This document shows positions 59,389 to 64,000 of a DNA stretch of 64,000 nt, one piece after another. A program made the translations under genes and the position numbers. Below the pieces are notes generated by a model. It was not told the DNA's origin. It searched no databases and was given only the letters and a program-made list of their open reading frames with translations. The DNA comes from Podarcis pityusensis (taxonomy: Eukaryota). Where the stretch lies: NCBI GenBank assembly GCA_964106645.2, contig OZ067038.1; one strand, given 5' to 3'. Within the stretch, counting starts at the first letter, position 1. Each line of letters starts with the position of its first letter.

Positions 59389-62300
59389 TCAAATGTCATT
59401 ATCCTTCTGTAAAAAGTCAGTCAAGGTCCCAGCGTCCACAGGAATTAATAAATATTCAACTCCATCAGCACCCTGAAAACAAGCACACTATTTCGATTAG
59501 TTCTGAGGCATAAGAATAACAAAGCATTTTTGTTCAATCCAAATAGCAGTCCTGCACTGATAGGGATTTGCCCTCTCAAGTTATGCTACGTGACTAGAAC
59601 AAACTAAAGCACATTTCCTCCTCAAAAGGCATGATCCAATGTCCTACCAGAAATTTGTAGAAGACTGCTTCCACATTTTGGATGGCAACTTTCACAACAG
59701 TATAAGCAACCTTTGGCTTGTTTCAATACCATGAACACACATGTGATACTTCTGTCTATTAATATACACCACAAATATTTAATTGTCGTTCTGTTGTCAT
59801 TCACCCTGTACCCAGAATCATACACTCTGATTTTTTCTGCAGCATAGGCATTGTTAAACAACTAGTCACATTAGCATGTCTATAGCAACTTCACTCACCC
59901 TCTTAGTCCTAATGAGCTTGTGATCCCTGAATTCTGTGAGCTGAGCCCTGAGAGTTAGGTCACTATTGACCAGGAAGGCTTCCCGACATTGCTGGTAGAA
60001 ATCTTGGAAGGAAAGTCCTAGCAGGGGAAAAGAAGCAATGGAACGCCTAGCATTAAAAGCGAGGTCTTGCTCAAATGAAAATCAATGTTGCTAACGAGAT
60101 CTGTATGATGCTTGAAGGAGGTTTTATTCAAAAGGTAGTATGAATATTTTTCTTTGAGAAAGCTATGCACTAGAAATGTCTCCCCACCATTGTGTTCCCT
60201 CAAGATTGCAATTCGAAAAATGGGGGAAGGGGTTGATTTCCTCAAAACTTTTCCTTTCTGGATCTTTTCCTACCTGAGATAGCACTGAAAGCAAGGCTTC
60301 TAAGATTGCTCTCAAATATTGTACACTTCAGTCCCTAGTCTGGTCCTCTCATTCAGTTCAAAGCAATGCTACATTTCAGCGGCCAGTTTCCTGACAATTG
60401 GAAGAGCTTACAAACTCGCCCACTCAAATGAATTGCTGCAGCAAGTGTCCACATGCCCAGTACCAATTGATACTCACATAAAACAGAAGTTTCATCATGT
60501 GATAGGAATTTTATGGTCTTAGATATATGGTAATGTTCATAAGCGTACCAACCAAGCACGTACCTAGATCAGCACAGGAAGACCGACCTGGAACCATTTT
60601 GATTCCTAAGCTGAGCAAATGTTTTCTCTGCAAGGTCAAAGTGGAAACCTCCCCATTGTCTCTTTCCACACAAATCCTGTCTTAAGGGCACATTTAAGAT
60701 ATGAATAGGGTGTGAGCCTGTGACATGGACCAGGAACTAAGTATTTATCATTACAAAAGACTGGCCAGGCTACCCAGGCAATCCAATCAAGTAACCTGCC
60801 AGACAGGAGACAAACAACAACAGGAGAAAAACAACATTCAAATTTCTGTTTTAAGACCGCCTTTTCTGTGATGTAGGTATGGTGTATCTGAGGGGTGGTC
60901 TTAGGTTACACCCCTTCTGTGATGTATGTATGATGTTTCTTGGGGTGGTCTTGATCTACAGGGTGGCAATTTCAAAAGTCTTTATAAGGCCTTGCGCGCC
61001 ATTTTTCTGGGTTTCTCCTCTTCTGTGGGTGAGGGGAGCACCCTGTTGCAACAAATCAATAAAGATCAGGCTTACTAGCTGCTTTGCTTCTCAATATTCT
61101 CTGGTTGGCCTCTGTTATCTTCTCCTACCAACAGGGAACCTATGTAAGGACTCTATATGGGCTCTTGGATACCCCATAAGGGAAAAGGGCAATTTTTGTT
61201 TACAACAATCACATTTATATAGGCATTGTGCTCAGAATCCATGACTTAGGCTAAAGCTCATGTCCAATGCTACCCTAGTTTGACCTCCAGAAAGAATTAA
61301 GAATTTGTGTCTCTTGAGTTACCTGGGTATGAGGTGTTATCCTTATTTTCCAATTGATATTCTGCCAAAAGTCTGAAAATCCCCCTGGTAAGTAAAAGAA
61401 GTATCTTTAAACAAGACTAGAAACATAACTTACAATATGGGAGGGAACATGTTTTGAAAATAAAAAGGGCTTAATTGTGCATGCAACCACTTTTAACATC
61501 CTATTTCTGTTCTTGGCTTTATACTTTCTGCAGTGATTCCACCCAGAACTGGAACAGCTCCCTCTGTTGTGTACCAAAGCATTTGCTCCCTCTCCCTTTA
61601 CACCATTGCTGAAAATCCACATTTATTCCCAACTACAGACTTCCTTAGGGACACGGGTGGCGCTGTTGGTTAAACAACAGAGCCTAGGACTTGCCCATCA
61701 GAAGGTTGGTGGTTCGAATCCCTGCGATGGGGTGAGCTCCCATTGCTCGGTCCCTGCTCCTGCCAACTTAGCAGTTCAAAAGCACGTCACAGTGCAAGTA
61801 GATAAATAGGTACCGCTCCGGCGGGAAGGTAAAGAGCGTTTCTGTGCGCTGCTCTGGTTTGCCAGAAGCGGCTTTGTCATGCTGGCCACATGACCCGGAA
61901 GCTATACGCCGGCTCCCTCGGCCAATAAAACGAGATGAGCGCCGTAACCCCAGAATCGGCCACGACTGGACCTAATGGTCAGGGGTCCTTTTACCTTTGC
62001 CTTACAGACTTCCTTCTGAGGAAAACCTTTTTTTAAAATCTCCCGTCCGCTATACTAATTCTACAAATAATTTTGTGTGGGGAACATCATTTCTGTTGAT
62101 ACAGAAATGTGGGAAACATCATTTCTGTGAGAAAACAAAAGGGAAAATGAAGATAATCCGTAGGGCTATATTAGTCATGATCTACACTGTAGATTCTACA
62201 ATAGAGCAGGGAAAGATCTGGAGTCTCCCACTGCTGTGTTTCTAGCAAATATTAGGCAACATGAACTTGAGGCACTAGGAAAATAGCATTCAGGTCTTGT

Positions 62301-63552
62301 TTCCCTATTTGTAATATGAAAAAACAGCTTTCCGTTTCCAACATTGAAGCTTTATTTAAAAACCACTCCCCCCCCCGAGAATTAGCCCCCTGGTCGCAGC
62401 GAAGCTCCCCAACACTTGAACATCACAGAAGAGTTCTTACCTTGCATTAGGAGTGAGACTGCGCAGAACATGAGTGAGAGAGCTCAAAGCCAAAGACCCG
62501 GATTGCTGTATCAAGAGGGAGTTCTCAAAGGATGTTTCTTCTACATAAGGACTGTAAGTGGTCGTTTCATACCACAACCAATTATACATGCTTTGCTTTG
62601 CTTGATCCCACACTACAAGAGCAGAAAAGAAAGAAAAAGTAAAAATTATGTAACTCCACTTTATGTGGAGATTTTTGGGAGGGGTGGGAGGATGCTCCCC
62701 AAATCTCGGGCTCTGTGTGGGAAAACACAGTGGGAACAAGGAGGAGAGGCTGGTGGTTCCCCACCCTTCCTGTAAACAGTTCAAGTTGGAACACCAGTGT
62801 GCCCAACACTACAAACTGAATTGGTCTAAGATGCCATGTGGACTCCATAACTATTAATGACTAAAACCCGGGTAAAGGTAAAGGGACCCCTGACCATTAG
62901 GTTCAGTCGTGGCCGACTCTGGGGTTGCGGCGCTCATCTCGCTTTACTGGTCGAGGGAGCCGGCGTACAGCTTCCGGGTCATGTGGCCAGCATGACTAAG
63001 CCGCTTCTGGCGAACCAGAGCAGCGCATGGAAATGCCGTTTACCTTCCCGCTGGAGCGGTACCTATTTATCTACTTGCACTTTGAGGTGCTTTTGAACTG
63101 CTAGGTTGGCAGGAGCAGGGACCGAGCAATAGGAGCTCACCCCGTCGCAGGGATTCGAACTGCCAACCTTCTGATCGGCAAGCCCTAGGCTCTGTGGTTT
63201 AACCCACAGCGCCACCTGCGTCCCAGGTACAGAATGCTAATACCTGGTTTGTGGGCAAGCTTGTGTTCAGCTATAATACCAAACCATGGTTAAGAAATGC
63301 ATCTAAATACAGCCACAGAATGCATTACATATGCACCAAACAGATGTTCCCACTGACTTAAGATGAATTTTTCAAGCTAGAGTGCTGAAAGGCCTAAGAA
63401 CTCACTGAGTGGTGCATTAATGTGATCAATAGATGCTATGAGGTAGATATTAGAAAGAGATGACAATTGTGCTAGGATTTGTTGGTTTTTGTCTCCTCTC
63501 AATGTTGGACTGTCCAAGTTGTGGATGAGCAGGTAGAGCTCCAGTGAAGGAT
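59389..63552 (-). CDS. ORC2: Origin recognition complex subunit 2, C-terminal part (5' exons outside window); join (minus) 63552-63406,62612-62441,61384-61323,60017-59899,59472-59389
   Basis: [101 protein letters not shown]; phases consistent. Confidence 0.95.
60534..61207 (+). mobile_element. Solo LTR (about 670 bp) in an ORC2 intron, antisense to ORC2
   Basis: TG...CA ends, tandem U3-like repeats (about 60863-60953), TATA-like tttataa at 60981-60987, AATAAA at 61058-61063; second copy at window start. No clean TSD seen, so the right end is approximate. Confidence 0.72.
61647..62002 (+). mobile_element. Sauria SINE
   Basis: 13-bp TSD tacagacttcctt. Confidence 0.92.
62871..63224 (-). mobile_element. 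Sauria SINE
   Basis: Full-length reverse copy. Confidence 0.9.
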
Positions 63553-63908
63553 CTAGCAAATGAGAAGAAGTACAAGGGTTAAAAACAGGGTGTCAAGGAA
63601 GTAGGAAAGTCACCTAGCTGCAGCCAAATGCTGAAAAGCTTTCTGTGGCTGCTCATCACCTCCAAAAATCACAGGACCAGTCATTCAGGTAAAAACAACC
63701 TATATTTATGTGTCCAGGAATCCAAGATCCATGGCTAGTAATGCAAACATGTATTCTGAATAAAAGAATTCCATTTTAACCCATGCTATAATATTTTGTA
63801 ATCCAGATTCCCACCCAAAATTTTGTTTTAAAACTTCTCTCATCATTTGCATTTTTTAGATTCAGTACCAGAGAGACTGGGAAATGAACTGAATGTGAAT
63901 AATTTTGC

Positions 63909-63944
<36 letters not shown>

Positions 63945-64000
63945 TTATTTATACCCCATCCATCTGGCTGGGCTTCCCCAGCCACTCTGGGCGGCTTCCA
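63909..64000 (-). mobile_element. L2 LINE 3' tail with (aat)n microsatellite, cut by window edge
   Basis: Same tail as at 47761-47850 (cccagccactctgggcggcttcca). Confidence 0.75.

Noticed and set aside
7300-63400. Intronic snoRNA or miRNA genes
   Set aside because: No convincing C/D or H/ACA box arrangement or non-repeat hairpin found by eye; an Infernal/Rfam scan would be needed to exclude them.

Overview
Vertebrate genomic DNA from a squamate, most likely a lacertid lizard (inferred from young Sauria SINEs and Bov-B LINEs). The gene order matches human 2q33.1: terminal exon of an aldehyde oxidase (+), BZW1 (+, complete, 419 aa), CLK1 (-, complete, 482 aa), PPIL3 (-, complete, 161 aa), NIF3L1 (+, complete, 375 aa, head-to-head with PPIL3) and the last five coding exons of ORC2 (-). 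All exon chains were rebuilt by hand with GT-AG junctions and consistent phases. Introns are rich in transposons. The most striking structure is a three-level nest in BZW1 intron 2. A Tc1/mariner MITE is split by a Penelope-like element (RT plus GIY-YIG, with a minimal hammerhead ribozyme in its 3' region). That element is in turn split by a 744-bp solo LTR almost entirely filled by an ORF for an acidic, S/T-P-rich, Arg-rich disordered protein. Other highlights are near-identical inverted MITE and SINE pairs bracketing NIF3L1 and ORC2 exons, an internally deleted Bov-B with its own TSD, the CLK1 exon-4 splicing switch with a shifted stop, CLK1 substitutions relative to the human protein, and weak or upstream start codons in three genes of the cluster. 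Family names and orthology come from recognition, not from a database search.
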